This document shows, in pieces, positions 15,176 through 30,305 of a DNA stretch of 64,000 nucleotides. Origin of the DNA: the human T2T-CHM13v2.0 reference genome, Homo sapiens; the NCBI RefSeq assembly GCF_009914755.1, contig NC_060947.1; one strand, given 5' to 3'. The notes under the pieces were generated by a model, which did not search any database, was not told the DNA's origin, and saw nothing but the letters and a program-made list of their open reading frames with translations. Positions within the stretch are counted from its first letter, which is position 1. Each line of letters starts with the position of its first letter. The translations under genes and the position numbers were made by a program.

Positions 15176-16462
15176 TTCCATATGAAATTTAAAGTAGTTG
15201 TTTTCTAATTCTGTGAAGAAAGTCAATGGTAGCTTGAAGGGAATAGCATTGAACCTATAAACTACTTTGGGCAGTATGGCCATTTTCATGATATTGACTC
15301 TTCCTATCCATGAGCATGGAATGTTTTTCCATTTGTTTGTGTCCTCTCTTATTTCCTTGAGCAGTGGTTTGTAGTTCTCCTTGAAGAGGTCCTTCACATC
15401 CCTTGTAAGTTGTATTCCTAGGTATTTTATTATCTTTGTAGCAATTGTGAATGGGAGTTTGCTCATGATTTGGCTCTCTGTCTATTATTTGTGTGTAGGA
15501 ATGCTTATGATTTTTGCACATTGATTTTGTATCCTGAGACTTTGCTGAAGTTGCTTATCAGCTTAAGGAGTTTATGGGCTGAGACCATGGGGTTTCTAAA
15601 TATACCATCATGTCATCTGCAAACAGAGAGAATTTGACTTCCTCTCTTCCTATTTGAATACGCTTTATTGGTTTCTCTTGCCTGATTGTCCTGGCCAGAA
15701 CTTCCAATACTGTGTTGAATAGGAGTGGTGAGAGAGGGCATCCTTGTCTTGAGCCGGTTTTCAAAGGGAACACTTCCAGCTTTTGCCCATTCAGTATGAT
15801 ATTGACTGTGGGTTTGTCATAAATAGCTCTTATTATCTTGAGATATGTTCCATCAATTCCTTGTTTATTGAGTGTTTTTAGCATTAATGGGTGTTGAATT
15901 TTATCAAAGGCCTTTTCTGCATCTATTGACATAATCATATGGTTTTTGTCATTGGTTCTGTTTATGTGATGGTTCTGTTTATGTGATGGTTCTGTTTACG
16001 TTTATTGATTTGCGTGTGTTGAACCAGCCTTGCATCCCAGGGATGAAGCTGACTTGATTGTAGTGGATAAGCTTTTTGATGTGTTGCTGGATTCGGTTTG
16101 CCAGTATTTTATTGAGGATTTTCACATTGATGTTCACTAGGGATATTGGCCTGAAATTTTCTTTTTTTGTTGTGTCTCTGACAGGTTTTTGTATCAGGAT
16201 GATGCTGGCCTCATAAAATGAGTTAGGGAGGAGTCCATCTGTTTCTATTGTTTGGAATAGTTTCAGAAGGAATGGTATAAGCTCCTCTTTGTACCTCTGG
16301 TAGAATTCGGCTGTGAATCCATCTGGTCCTGGGCTTTTAGGTTGGTAGGCTATTAATTACTGCCTCAATTTCAGAACTTGTTATTGGTCTATTCAGGGAT
16401 TCGAGTTCTTCCTGGTTTAGACTTGGGAGGGTGTATGTGTCCAGGAATTTATCCATTTCTTA

Positions 16463-16645
<183 letters not shown>

Positions 16646-16661
16646 TCAGCTCCTGGATTCA

Positions 16662-16781
<120 letters not shown>

Positions 16782-19741
16782 TTATGATGTTAGGGTGTCG
16801 ATTTTAGATCTTTCCTGCTGTCTCCTGTGGGCATTTAGTGCTATAAAGTTCCCTCTACGCATTGCTTTAGCTGTGTCCTAGAGATTCTGGTACGTTTTGT
16901 CTTTGTTCTCATTGGTTTCAAAGAACTTATTTATGTCTGCCTTAATTTCATTATTTACCCAGTAGTCATTCAGGAGCAGGTTGTTCAGTTTCCATGTAGT
17001 TGTGCGGTTTTGAGTGAGTTTCTTATTCTTGAGTTCTAATTTGATTGCACTGTGGTCTGAGAGACGGTTTATGATTTCTGTTCTTTTGCATTTGCTGAGG
17101 AGTGTTTTACTTCCAATTATGTGGTCAATTTTAGAATAAGTGCTATGTGGTGCTGAGAAGAATGTATATTCTGTTGATTTGGGTGGAATTCTGTAGATGT
17201 CTATTAGGTCCACTAGGTCCAGAACTGAGTTCAAGTTTTGAACATTCTTGTTAATTTTCTGTCTCGTTGATCTGTCTAATATTGAAAGTGGGTTGTTAAA
17301 GTCTCCCACTATTATTGTGTGGGAGTCTAAGTGTCTTTGTAGGTCTCTAAGAACTTGTTTTACCGGGTGCTCCTGTATTCGTTGCATATATATTTAAGAT
17401 AGTTAGCCCTTCTTGTTGCATTGATCCCTTTACCATTATGTAATTCCCTTCTTTGTCTTTTTTGATCTTTGTTGGTTTAAAGTCTGTTTTATCAGAGACT
17501 AGGATTGCAACCCCTGCTTATTTTTGCTTTCCATTTGCTTGATCTTCATCCATCCCTTTATTTTGAGCCTATGTGTGTCTTTGCATGTGAGATGGGTCTC
17601 CTGAATACAGCGCACTGATGGGTCTTGGCTCTTTATCCAATTTGCCAGTCTATGCCTTTTAATTGGGGCATTTAGCCCATTTACATTTAAGGTTAATATT
17701 GTTATGTGTGAATTTGATCCTGTCATTAGGATGCTAGCTGGTTATTCTGCCCATTACTTAATGCAGTTTCTCATAGTGTCGATGGTCTTTACATTTTGGT
17801 TTGTTTTTGCAGTGGCTGGTACCAGTTTTTTCTTTCTGTATTTAGTTCTTCCTTCAGGAGGTGTTGTAAGGCAGGCCTGATGGTGACAAAATTCCTTAGC
17901 ATTTGCTTGTCTATAAAGGATTTTATTTCTCCTTTGCTTATGAAGCTTAATTTGGCTGGATATGAAATTCTGGTTTGAAAATTATTTTCTTTAAGAATGT
18001 TGAATATTGGCCCTCACTCTCTTCTGGCTTGAAGGGTTTATGCTGAGAGATTTGTTGTTAGTCTAATGGGCTTCCCTTTGTGGGTAACTTGACCTTTCTC
18101 TCTGGCTTCCCTTAACATTTTTTCCTTCATTTCAACCTTGGTGAATCTGACAATTATGTGTCTTGGGATTGTTCTTCTCGAGGAGTATCTTTGTGGTGTT
18201 CTTTCTATTTCCTGAATTTGAATGTTGGCCTATCTTGCTATGTTGGGGAAGTTCTCCTGGATATTATCGTGAAGTGTGTTTTCCAACTTGGTTCCACTCT
18301 CCCCATCACTTTCAGGTCCACCGATCAAACATAGGTTTGTTCTTTTCACATAGTCCCATATTTCTTGGAGGCTTTTTTTTGTTCCTTTCATTCTTTTTTC
18401 TCTAATCTCATCTTCATGCTTCATTTCATTAAGCTGATCTTCAATCTCTGATATCCTTTCTTCCGCTTGATCGATTTGACTATTGATACTTGTATATAAT
18501 TCATGAAGTTCTCATGCTGTGTTTTTAAGCTCCATCAGGTCATTTATGCTCTTCTCTAAAGTGGTTTATTCTAGTTGGCAATTCCTCAACCTTTTATCAA
18601 GGTTCTTAGCTTCCTTGGATTGGGTTAGAACATGCTCCTTTAGCTTGGAGGAATCTGTTATTACCGACCTTCTGAAGCCTACTTCTGTCAATTCGTCAAA
18701 CTCATTCTCCATCCAGTTTTGTTCCCTTGCTGGGGAGAAGTTGTAATCCTTTGGAGGAGAAGAGGCATTCTGGTTTTTGGACTTTTTAGCCTTTTTGCGT
18801 TGTTTTTTCCTCATCTTCGTGGGTTTATCTACCTTTCGTCTTTGCTGTTGGTGACCTTCGAATTGAGTTTTTGCGTGTTCGTCCTTTTTGTTGCTGTTGA
18901 TGGTATTGCTTTCTGTTTGTTGGTTTTCCTTCTATCAGGCCACTCTTCTACAGGTCTGCTGCAGTTTGCTGGGGGTCCACTCCAGACCCCGTTCATCTGG
19001 GTATCACTAGTGGAGGCTGTAGAACCACAAAGATTGCTTCCTGCTCCTTCCTCTGGAAGCTTTGTCCCAGAGGGGCACCAGCCAGATGCCAGCTGGAGCT
19101 GTCCTGTATGAGGTGTCTGTCGACCCCTGCTGGGAGGTGTCTCCATGTCAGGAGGCACGAGTGTCAGGGACCCACATGAGGAGGCAATCTGTCCCTTAGC
19201 AGAGCTAGAGCACTGTGCTGGGAGATCCACTGCTCTCTTCAGATCCAGCAGGCAGGAATGTTAAAGTCTGCTGAAACTGCGCCCACAGCCGCCCCTTCTC
19301 CCAGGTGCTCTGTCCCAAGGAGATGGGGGTTTTATCTATAAGTCCCTGACTGGGGCTGCTGCCTTTCTTTCAGAGATGCCCTGCCCAGAGAGGAGGAATC
19401 TAGAGAGGCAATCTGGCTACAGTGGCTTTGTGGCACTGCAGTGGGCTCCGCCCAGTTAGAACTTCCCAGAGGCTTTGTTTACACTGTGAGGGGAAAACCC
19501 GTCTACTCAAGCCTCAGTAATGGCAGATCCCCTCTCCCCCCACCAAGATCGAGCATCTCAGGTCAACTTCAGACTTTCGTGCTGGCAGCAAGAACTTCAA
19601 GCCAGTGGATGTTAGCTTGCTGGGCTCCATGAGGCTGGGATCCGCTGAGCAAGACCACTTGGCCCCCTGGCTTCAGTCCCCTTTCCAGAAGAATGAATGG
19701 TTCTGTCTCACTGGTGTTCCAGGCTTCGCTGGGGTATGAAA

Positions 19742-19790
19742 AACAACAACAACAACAACAACAGCAACAACAACAACAACAGCAACAAAA
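19742..19790. repeat. (CAA)n microsatellite within the L1 5' UTR
   Basis: aacaacaac run with two agc interruptions. Confidence 0.9.
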
Positions 19791-20208
19791 ACCCAAAACT
19801 CCTACGGCTAGCTTGGTGTCTGCCCAAACAGCCGCCCAGATTTGTGCTTGAAACCCAGGGCCCGTGTGGTGTAGGCACCTGAAGGAATTTCCTGGTCTTT
19901 GGGTTGCAAAGACCTTGGGAAAAGCTTAGTATCTGGGCCAGATAGCACAGTCCCTCATGGCACAGTCCTTCACGGCTTCCCTTGGCTAGGGGAGGTAGTT
20001 CCCCCACCCCTTGAGCTTCCTGGGTGAGGCGACACCCCACCCTGCTTCTGCTCGCCCTCCGTGGGCTGCACCCACTGTCTAACCAGTCCCAATGAGATGA
20101 ACCTGGCACCTCAGTTGGAAATGCAGAAATCACCCACCTTCTGCATTGGTCTTGCTGAGAGCTGCACACTGGAGCTGTTCCTATTCAGCCATCTTGCCCA
20201 GGAGTCTC

Positions 20209-21660
20209 GCATTCCTTTGTTATAGCTCAATGCTATTAAAATGTGTACATATACAACATTTTCTTTATCCATTTATTGATTGATGGACACTTAGGTTGAT
20301 TCCATAACTTGGATCTTGTGAATAGTGCTGCAATAAACATAGGAGTGCAGACATCTCTTCAATATACGGTTTAAAACATTTTTTTTTTGGAAACATACAC
20401 AGCAGCAAGATTGCTGAATCATAATGACAGTGCTATTTTTAGTTTTTTGAAGAACACCCATACCGTTTTCCATAATGTCTGTACCAACTTACATTCTCAC
20501 TAACAGTGTATGAGTGTTCCCCTTTCTCCACATCCTTGCCATCATCTGTCATTTTTTTGTCTTTTTGATAATGGTCATTTTAACTGGGGTGAGATGAAAT
20601 CCAATTTTTGACTGTTACAAAACAGTGCTACCATGATTTTTCTTGGTAATGTACATAAACACAGATATCTCTAGGGGATTTATGTAGAATTTCTGGTTTA
20701 TGGAATATGAGCACCTTCAATTTAATTGGATGATGCCTAACTTTTCCTAATGGCATGTACCAGTTCACACCCTTACTAGCCAGGTTTAACAGTTCCCATT
20801 TCTCCACCTGCTGGCCAACACTTGGTATTATCAGACTTCTTAATTTTTGCCTATCTAATGGGTGTAAATGGCATCTTATAATTTGATTTTCCTGATTACT
20901 AATAATGTTGAGCATCTTTTCACATGCCTATTGAACGTTAGTATTTCCTCTTTTGTGAAGCATTTATTCAAGACATTTGCCATTTTTTCCTGTTGAGTTG
21001 TGTAACTTTTTCAAATTAATTTGTAGAAGCTGTTTTAATTTTAGTTCTTTCTCCTTTATATGTGTTCCATATATCTCTCCCCACTTTGTCACTTATTTTT
21101 CCATTTTAATGATTTCTTTTGATAAACATAAATTCTAATTATAAGATAGATACCGAAGTTATCAATCCTTTTTTATGGTAAGTGCTTTTTGTGTCTTTTC
21201 AATGAAATCGTTCTATACCCCAATATCATGAAGATATTCCTTTATACTATAATAACATTTAAAATTTTTATGGTTTTGACTTTCACATCTATGTTTTTAA
21301 TATACTTGGAATTGATTTTCATGTAGAATATGAGAATAGAGGTCCAATGTTTTCTTTATGAATATCCAATTGCCCCAATATCATTTGCTGAAAAGCCTTT
21401 TCTTCTCCCATTCAGTTACAATGCCAACTCTGTCAAATATCAAGTGTTCATATATTTTTGGGAAGATTTCTGACCTGTCTGTTCTATTCTACCAGTTTAT
21501 TTATCTAATCATGTGCCAATACAGCATTGCCTTATTACCTGTAACAGTAATACTAATAAATGTCTTGATATCTGATAGGGGAAGTCTTCCCACCTCATTC
21601 TTATTCCTCAAGAGTTTCTTAACTATTCTTATCAATATGCACAGAAATAGATGCTGAAAT
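20209..21660 (-). mobile_element. Older L1M fragments (L1MA continuation, then L1ME-like)
   Basis: ttgatggacacttaggttgattccat...gtgaatagtgctgcaataaacat; later aatatccaattgccccaatatcatttgctgaaaag. Confidence 0.7.
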
Positions 21661-23819
21661 TTTCTTTTCACAAAATTACTGTTGAGATTTTAATTTCAGC
21701 AAAACTTAACTGTTGAGTTTTAGTGTAAACAAAAATAATGGTTGAAATTCTAATTTTAACATTTCTCCAAGTTTCATAATATTCTTCATAGTGTTCAACA
21801 TATCTTTTTTTGGGATTTTTATTTGTTGCTTAATTTTTAAACAATTACTAATAGTAAAGCAGATTATCATAAATGGGATTATAATGAGTTTCTTACATAT
21901 AATGTCCTATTTTAAAAGAAAAACATATATCTCTTAAGAAATCAGTTTATATGTGTTGATGCCTCATGTTGACATATTCAGTATAACATATGTTGATTAA
22001 TATAATATACTATGTTATTATCTATAAAGATGCTACTAATTCATTAGGTTTTCAGAAAGTAAACAGCAAACCTTAAAAAATTTATTATGATAATGGAGAT
22101 GGAGTACAAATGGGACAACTCTGAGATAGAGTACATGAAAGCTCAAGACACCTGTATCCAACTGCCTACTTGATGTTTTCACTGACATATAGGCATTCCA
22201 AACTTAATATGTCAAAGATTAAACTATTTATTCTCCTTACCAATCTGTCCCTAGTCTTTCCACTTCCAATGGTATCATCATTTTCTGGTACTTTCAACAC
22301 AAAGGATACTATCATATAGGGAACGTGACTCTCTCACTCATTACTCTATTTCCAGTGCCCAGATTGTCATGCACATAGTAAGTGCTCAATAGATATTTGT
22401 AGAATGAATGGATGAATTGGCCCTGCCCTCCAAACATGTTCGATTAAAAATCATTCAAGAATATACACAAAGTAGTATATGAAAAAATGACAGACTTCTG
22501 TCCTTTCTTTTCAATTATTAGACCCACAGCCTTAGTTCAGTCTTTCCTGATTTTATACCTGAAGAACTGCCACAACTCTTTTTATTGGCTCTTCTTGTCA
22601 CCTTCCAATGTTAATAGCTTACAAGATAAAATCCAAACCACTTGGCGTGACATTCAAGGTCCTCCATAATCTGACACCAGCCTACCTTTTTCACCTCTTT
22701 TTCCTCTACTTAAATATTATGAATCTCGATGTCCCAACTACACAAGACTACTGGATGTTTCCCAAATGTGCCCTACATTTCTCTTTGTTCTTCTTTTCTC
22801 CTCTTCCTGGAATTCCATTGCCCCCATTTCTTCCTTCAACAAATGCTATCCATTTTTAAAGGCCCAATTCAAATGTCATTTCCTCTATGCAGGCTTCTTG
22901 GACTCTCTCAGATAGAATTAGGCTTCCCTCTTTTCCACTTTCCCCTGGTACTTATCAACCTTGATGTAACATTTAAAATCATAGATGTCTCAGAATTATA
23001 ATATTAGATTTAGAAGTGGTCTTGTTGATCATGTGATCTGACTTCTTCATGTTATCGAGGGCAAGAGCTAGAAGAATCCAGGTCTTTTAATTTGCCTTGA
23101 CTTGTGATTATGTATGTATGTATTTTTTATCCTCTACCTGACATCACTGGGCAGAAATAGGGTGTTATTCATCTTTGTGTTCTTATTCATGATACTTAAT
23201 AAAATCTATTGCACATAGTGGATATACAATAAGTATGTTTCAATTGACTTAAGATCAGAGGGATGGATAAAATAGAGGTACCATTCATAGTATTGTACTC
23301 TGTACCAGGTACTATGCCAAAGTTTTACAAGAATTACCTGATTGATCAAACAATCCTATGAGATAAGCACCATTTGTAGCTTTATTTGCCCAAGACTTCA
23401 TAGCCAGTAAGTTGTAGAATCTGGACAAAAATAAAATTCCTGTGGCTCCAGATTCTTTGTTCTTAGTCATTGTGCTATAGTGCAAAACAACAAGGTGGGA
23501 ACTCAAACATTTTGGGTTTAGAATACGACTGATGGATGAATTTGGCATGAAAGACTAACTTTTATTTCCTGGAGGACATAGTAGCTGGGTTTGGGAAGAT
23601 AGTTTGGGACAATATTGTAGAAGGCTCTGAATGCCAAGCATGGTATGAGAAGTTACCTCCCTTCCCTAGCTCTCCATCTGCACCAGTCTAGATCACCGTA
23701 TGAGGCGCAACTCAAACAGTACTTATTGTTTGAAGACTTCCAGAATCTTCCAAGTCACAATGAATTTCCCCTTCTCCCACAGCACTTTGTTCATACCTTT
23801 GTTATAATACATAATATTA

Positions 23820-24108
<289 letters not shown>

Positions 24109-24242
24109 AATATGACTTTCTTAACAGAAATATTTTGTGGCTGTATCTGTTTTCTTCACATTTTGTAAATTCCTTGAGAGCAGGCACTTTATTTACAATT
24201 GTATACCTCTTTTTATTTCACAACTGATGCATAGTAGATGCT

Positions 24243-24687
24243 TGTCTTCGTCCATTTTGTGTTGCTATAAGTGAATACCTGAAACTGGGCAATTTACAAA
24301 GAAAAGAGGTTTATTTAGCTCATGGTTCTGCAGGCTGGGAAGTTTAAGATTGGGCAGCTGCATCTGGTAGCTTCTGATGAGGGCCTTGTACTGTGGCAAA
24401 ACATGGCAGAGAAATGGAAGGGGAACCAGGTCCCTGCAAAGAGAGTAAAACACCAAACACGAGATGCAACCTCACTTTACAACAACTTGCACTTGCATAA
24501 CCAATTCAGTCCCACAAAGAGTAAGAACTGACTCACTCCCACCAGACTGCTTTAATCCCTTCATGAGAGTGAATCCTTAATGACCCAGAAGCCTGTTAAA
24601 TATTCCACCCCCTCTCAACACTGTTACACTGGGGACCAAGTCTCAATATGAGTTTTGGTGGGCACAAACCATATTCAAATCATAACA
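24243..24687. mobile_element. MaLR solo LTR (MST-like)
   Basis: TG...CA ends, 5-bp TSD atgct (24238-24242 and 24688-24692), aagaaaagaggtttatttagctcatggttctgcaggctgggaag. Confidence 0.85.
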
Positions 24688-25019
24688 ATGCTCAATAAAT
24701 ATTAGTTGAATTAAATGTTTCCTTGGGAGAATATAGACATAAATAAGGCATGGTTTCTGCTCTCAAGAGAAGCCAACATTCTATCAAGGGAAACAGTACA
24801 TTATTCCATATGAGAAGCTATACTAGTGACATGTATAAAGCACGAGGAATTCAGCGATCAATTAGAAAATGCAATAGGAAAAATAACCCATTCATGATTT
24901 TCCCAAAATCTATAAGGCAGCTAGGAAGATAGCTAACAGATGTATAAACCATTATACAGAAAAGTATGAGATTGTACTAAAGGAAATTTTATAAAAATCA
25001 GAAAGTGGAGGAATATTCT

Positions 25020-25485
25020 TGTCAAGAACTACAAAAGGTCTAGAATTTGACCCTATTTACAAACTTACAAATTAGCCTGACACACACAGTTTCATGTATT
25101 CTGTCAGAAGACATGAGAATCTTGGGTGAGAGGCAAAGGACTTTATTACTCAGAAAAAGCAGTAGCTAGAACTTCCTGTTGGCTTGTGTTCGTTCCCAAT
25201 GCCCCCCAAATCCCACAAGGGCAATGCAAAGGACCAATGATGGATGGCTGCACAGTGGGTTGCATTACAGGAAAGAAACAATACATTTGGAGGATCCACT
25301 GCTTTTATAGAACATGGAAATAAACCTGCTGTTTGTGATGTTTTCCCATCCTTCAGGGTTTCTCACTGAAAACATGGTCCTGAGAATGGCCAAGGTGAAG
25401 AGTCATCAGTGCCTTACCTTTTTGGCATACTCAGCAAGAGTACGCATAAATGCTTAGGGACCATGATGGGTTGTCTTTCCCAACA
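25020..25485. mobile_element. Probable ERV solo LTR, family not assigned
   Basis: tgtcaagaac...tcccaaca ends, interrupting L1M-like sequence. Confidence 0.5.
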
Positions 25486-25489
25486 ATAT

Positions 25490-27780
25490 TCCATTTGTAT
25501 GTGTGGAAACTTTAAGTCAGCAAATTGGTAATTCTTCTCAAATTAGTCCATAAATCCAATATTATTCCAATCAAAATATTAACAGGCCAATTTTTTGTGG
25601 AATTTGAAACACTGATTACAAAACTGGAAAAGGCACATATAGTACATACAGTAAATTGTTATATGAAAGAAGTGACATTACATAGGAGTGAAAAATGGAT
25701 GAATAATTTAATAAATGTGATTGGACAGTTGTTTCCCTTCTCGGAGAAAAATCTAGATCCATGCCTTATACAAAATAAAATCCAGATATATAAAAGACCA
25801 AAGTACACAACCAAAATCTTAAAACTAATAAAAAATCATGTCCTCAGAGTAGATAATTTCCTAAACAAAATCCAAAAACACAAGTTTTAAAGGAAAAGAT
25901 TGATATATTTGATTCGACAAACATTGTATAATAAAAGACGTGAGAAGTAACCTTAGTGAGAAAAGACGAGCAAAGATTGGTACAGGCTTTTTGGAAAACT
26001 AGTTGGCTCTATCTACTGAAGCTGAACCTATGCATTCCCTATGACCAGCAACTCCACTTCTTGGTATATACCCAAGAAAAGTGCATATGTATATTCACTA
26101 AGGACATTATGAAAAGCATTATTTGTAATAGCCCCACACTGAAAAAAAAAACCAAGAGCCCACAAGCAGTAGAATGAATAAATAAATTGTAGTATATTCA
26201 TACATTAAAATGTAGCACATAAAGGAGAATTAACTACAAATTCACGACAACATGGATGAATCTCACAAACCTAATGTTGAGCAAAAGAATCCAGACACAG
26301 AGGAGTATATACTGAAAGATCCCACTTATTTAAAGCAGAAAAGAGGCAAAACTAATAATCAGGAGAGTGGTTATCATCCTTGGGCATAGTGACTGGAAAG
26401 GAGCACAAAAGAAGCTTATGGCAGGGAGGGGAGAGGTTGATAATGTACTGTGTCTTGATCTGAGAGCTGGTTATATGGGTGTCTTTACTTTGTGAACATT
26501 TATCAAGATATACACCTAAGATATGTATGTATGTATATTGTACTAAAATAAAACATTTTGAAAATCTGCCTAACAGGATACCTTCTTATATATGGCTCTC
26601 ACCAGTAGAGTTGCACGCATACTAAAAGTCATGTGTTTCCTCAAACAGGTTTAATTCAGTTACATTTGCTGTAAATGAACATAATATGTATGCAAAAAAG
26701 AAGACCAGCAACAGATTTAGAGAAACTTTTTGCAAAATATATTGCTGACCAATAATTAGATACAACATATGCAAAGAACCCCTAAGAAGCAATATTTGAA
26801 AAACAAACAACTTAAAGGATGAATAGGTAAATGACCTGAAAAGGTACTTCACAGAAAAGGAAATGTGTATAACCAGGAAACCTATAAAAAAATGCTTATC
26901 CTCGTTCATGTCCTTTGCAGGGACATGGATGAAGCTGGAAGCCATCATTCTCAGCAAACTAATACAGGAACAGAAAACCAAACACCGCATGTTCTCACCC
27001 ATAAGTGAGAGTTGAACAATGAGAACATTTGGGGACAGGGAGGGGAACATCACACACTGGAGCCTGTCGGGGAGCGGGGGGCAAGGGGAGGGATAGCATT
27101 AGGAGAAATACCTAATGTAGATGACGGGTTGATGGGTGAAGCAAACCACCATGGCACATGTATACCTATGTAACAAACCTGCATGTTCTGCACATGTATC
27201 CCAGAACTTAAAGTCAATTTAAAAAAAGATGTTCATCCTCATGAAATAATCTGGGACATACAGATTCAAACACTAGGGAGATACTCACTTTCACCCATTA
27301 GATTGGCTAAACACGTCTGAAAATACTAAATATTGGCAAGAATGTGGGAAAATGGGACTCATACACTGCTGGTATGAATGTAAATTGATGCAATTACTGT
27401 GGAAACTTATTTGGCAGTGTGTAGTCAGGTTGAAGATGCATGTACTATGTCATCTAGTAATTTCAATTCCAGGAGACATGTTTATAGACTAAGAGGAGGC
27501 TATTGCAAGAACATGAACTGCCGCATTGCTTGTAATAGAAAAAATGGAAGCAACTTAAATGTCTATGAGGATGGAAATGCATTAGTGAGCTATGGAATAT
27601 TCATATAACAGAATATTATACATCATTTAAATGCACCTCTATCAGTTACAGTATAAGCATAGGTAAAATGTTTAGAAATTCATAATGTTGGGTGAAAATT
27701 CACAATGTTGTGTAAAAGAAGAAGTTGTAGAAGATTACACACAGATGTGATCTAACTTGTCATAATGCAAAAAATCACCA
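25490..27780 (+). mobile_element. Old L1ME-like fragments
   Basis: Degenerate ORF2-like translation (25525-25890) and 3' UTR motifs acatggatgaatctcacaaac. Confidence 0.65.
26901..27228 (+). mobile_element. Short L1PA 3' end
   Basis: gttcatgtcctttgcagggacatggatgaagctggaa...cccagaacttaaagt followed by an A-run. Confidence 0.92.
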
Positions 27781-29969
27781 GAAAATGATTCATTTAACAA
27801 ATCTTTATTGTAGGCACAATTCTAGGTACTTGGGATCAGTGAACAAAGCAGAGATCCCTTCCCTTGTAGACATTACATTTCCATGTGGGAAGACTGAAAT
27901 AAGATAATTAGCATAAGTAAATAAATTATATAGTGTGTTAGATGGCGATGAAGCAAAAGCAGAGGATGTTAAGGGGATAGAGAAAACAGGGTGGGCAGTT
28001 TGCAGCATTAAGTAGGATGGTTCAGGTAGGTCTCATTGATACAGTGAGATTTGAGCCTTGAAAATGTGAGAGAATTTAAACGAGTAGCTCTATTGGAAAA
28101 GAGCCCTCCTTCCTGGAGGAACAGACATTGCTATGGTCCTATGGCAAGAGTGAGCCCGGGCTGTTTGTAGAATAGCAAGAAGGCCACAGCTGTGGCAGAA
28201 TGAGGAGAGCAGATCAGAGATCAGAGATACAATGGAGAACCAGAAAATGTCAGGCTTCTGCAGGGACTTTGACTCTGACTCCAAGTGGAATACGGTGTCT
28301 TTGCAGGATTTTGAGCAGAGAAATGTCATGATTTGATTTATATTTTAAAATGATCTCTTTAATTTTTGTGTTGAGAATGTACCACTGTAGGCGAATGAGA
28401 GTGGAAGCAGAGAGGCATGTTAGAAAGCTGTTGTAGTTATCCAGATGAGAGATGATGGTGGATTCAACCTTACGTGTACCAATGGAGATGGTGAGAAGTG
28501 GTTGGATTTTGGATGCATTTTGAAGTAGAGCCAAAACGATTTCCTGATGGATTGGAGAGAAAGAAAGAAATTGAAGGTGATGTTAAGGTTTTTGACTCAA
28601 GCCAATGTACAGCTGGAGTTGCCATCAATTGAAGTGAGGAAGGCAGTAGGAGCAATAGGTTTTAAAGAACAGATCAGGAGTTCTGCCTATGACATTTTGA
28701 GTTTGAAATGCCCAATAGACATCTGAGTGGAAGTGCTGAGTAGGCAGTTGTATATATCAGACAGGAGTTTAGGATGAAGATCTGGCCTGCAGACATGAAG
28801 TTGGAAGTTAACCTAGAAATATTTTGTATTAGCTATTGGACTGGAAGAGATCACCAAGGGAGTATACATAGAAATGCAAAGGACAGGGATGGAGCCCTGG
28901 GGCATTCTCATTTTAAGAGGTTTGGAAGAAGAGGGGCCAGTAAAGGAAACTGAGAAGAAGCAGTCAGTGAGATGAGAGAGTGTGGTGTCCTGGGAGCCAA
29001 GGGAAGAAAGTGAACCAAAGAGGAGTGACTCATTAGCCGTGCCCAATGCTGCTGATAGGTTAAGTAAGGTGAGAACTTAGAATTGATCATTGTATTGAAC
29101 AATGTGAAGTCACTCATGACCATAACCATGACAGGAGCAATTTCAACTGATTTGTGGAGGTGGACCCACAAATCAGGTGGACCCTGATTAGAATGTGTCC
29201 AAGAGAGAATGGGAGGAGGAAAATTGAGGACATTGAATAGAGACCACTATTACAAAGGGATGAGAGAGTAGTCAAAATAGGTATCTGGAGGAAGAACTTT
29301 CCTGATAGATGAAACAGACATTCCAAAGGCTCTAAGACAATAGTGAGTATGGCTTGTTTGAGGAACAGCAGGGAGGCTACAGCTGGGGCAGAGTGAGTGA
29401 GGAACAGAACAGGCAGAGCTAGTGGGAGATAGGAAAGGATGATCATCTGGGGCTCCCTCTTGGCCCCAAACTAATGTAGGTAGAAGGCCTAAGGGAATGT
29501 AGTCTTAGACAGGAACACTGGTTCCAACGAAGCCTTATATTGTGTATAGAAACATATTTCATATGTATCTGTAAAAGAGATTTGCATCAAAGGGGAGCAA
29601 AGAAATTGGGTCATGGCAGGTGGGAAAGTGGAGCCAAGAGAAAAATATATATATATATATATAAAACAATTTACTATATATGCTTTTTCCAATTTTGTAA
29701 TCAATGCTTCAAATTCCACAAAAAATTGGCCTGTTTTTATATATATGTATACAGTGTACATATGATGAATATTTGTGTGTGTTATATAATAAAGATGAGA
29801 AATAACAGTATAATCGAATCCTGATTGAAATGACCCAATAGAGAGCACAACATTGATAATGCTGGAGTTGGGGGAGAGAAAGAAGGTAGTGATATCATTC
29901 AGTTGATGGGAGAAGAAGATATCTAGTGGGAAAGGAGAGTGGCTGGCTTTAGAGTGCAGTCTGGAAATA

Positions 29970-30305
29970 TCATTATATTAATTTGCTAAGATTGCTATAA
30001 CAAAATACCACACACTGAGTGGCTTAAACAACAGACATTTATTGTCTCACAGGGCTGGTTTCTTCCGAGGCTTCTCTCCTTAGCTTGCAGATGGCCATCT
30101 TCTCCCTGTGTCTTCACATGGCCAGCCCTCAGTCTGTATTATCTGTGTCCTTATCTCTTCTTATAAAGGCACCAGTAGTATTGGGTTAGGACCCATCTTA
30201 ATGACCTCGCTTTGACTTAAGAGGTAATTATGTCACATTATGAGGTACTGGGTGTTAGGACTCCAACATATGAATTTTGGAGGGACACAATTCAGCCCAC
30301 AATAA
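29970..30305. mobile_element. MLT1-type MaLR LTR
   Basis: gctataacaaaataccacacactgagtggcttaaacaacagacatttattgtctcacag...gggacacaattcagcccacaa. Confidence 0.8.

Noticed and set aside
15950-15998. Threefold 17-bp tandem duplication tggttctgtttatgtga in L1; similar small duplications near 31002-31026 and 57083-57125
   Set aside because: Ordinary slippage duplications with no sign of function
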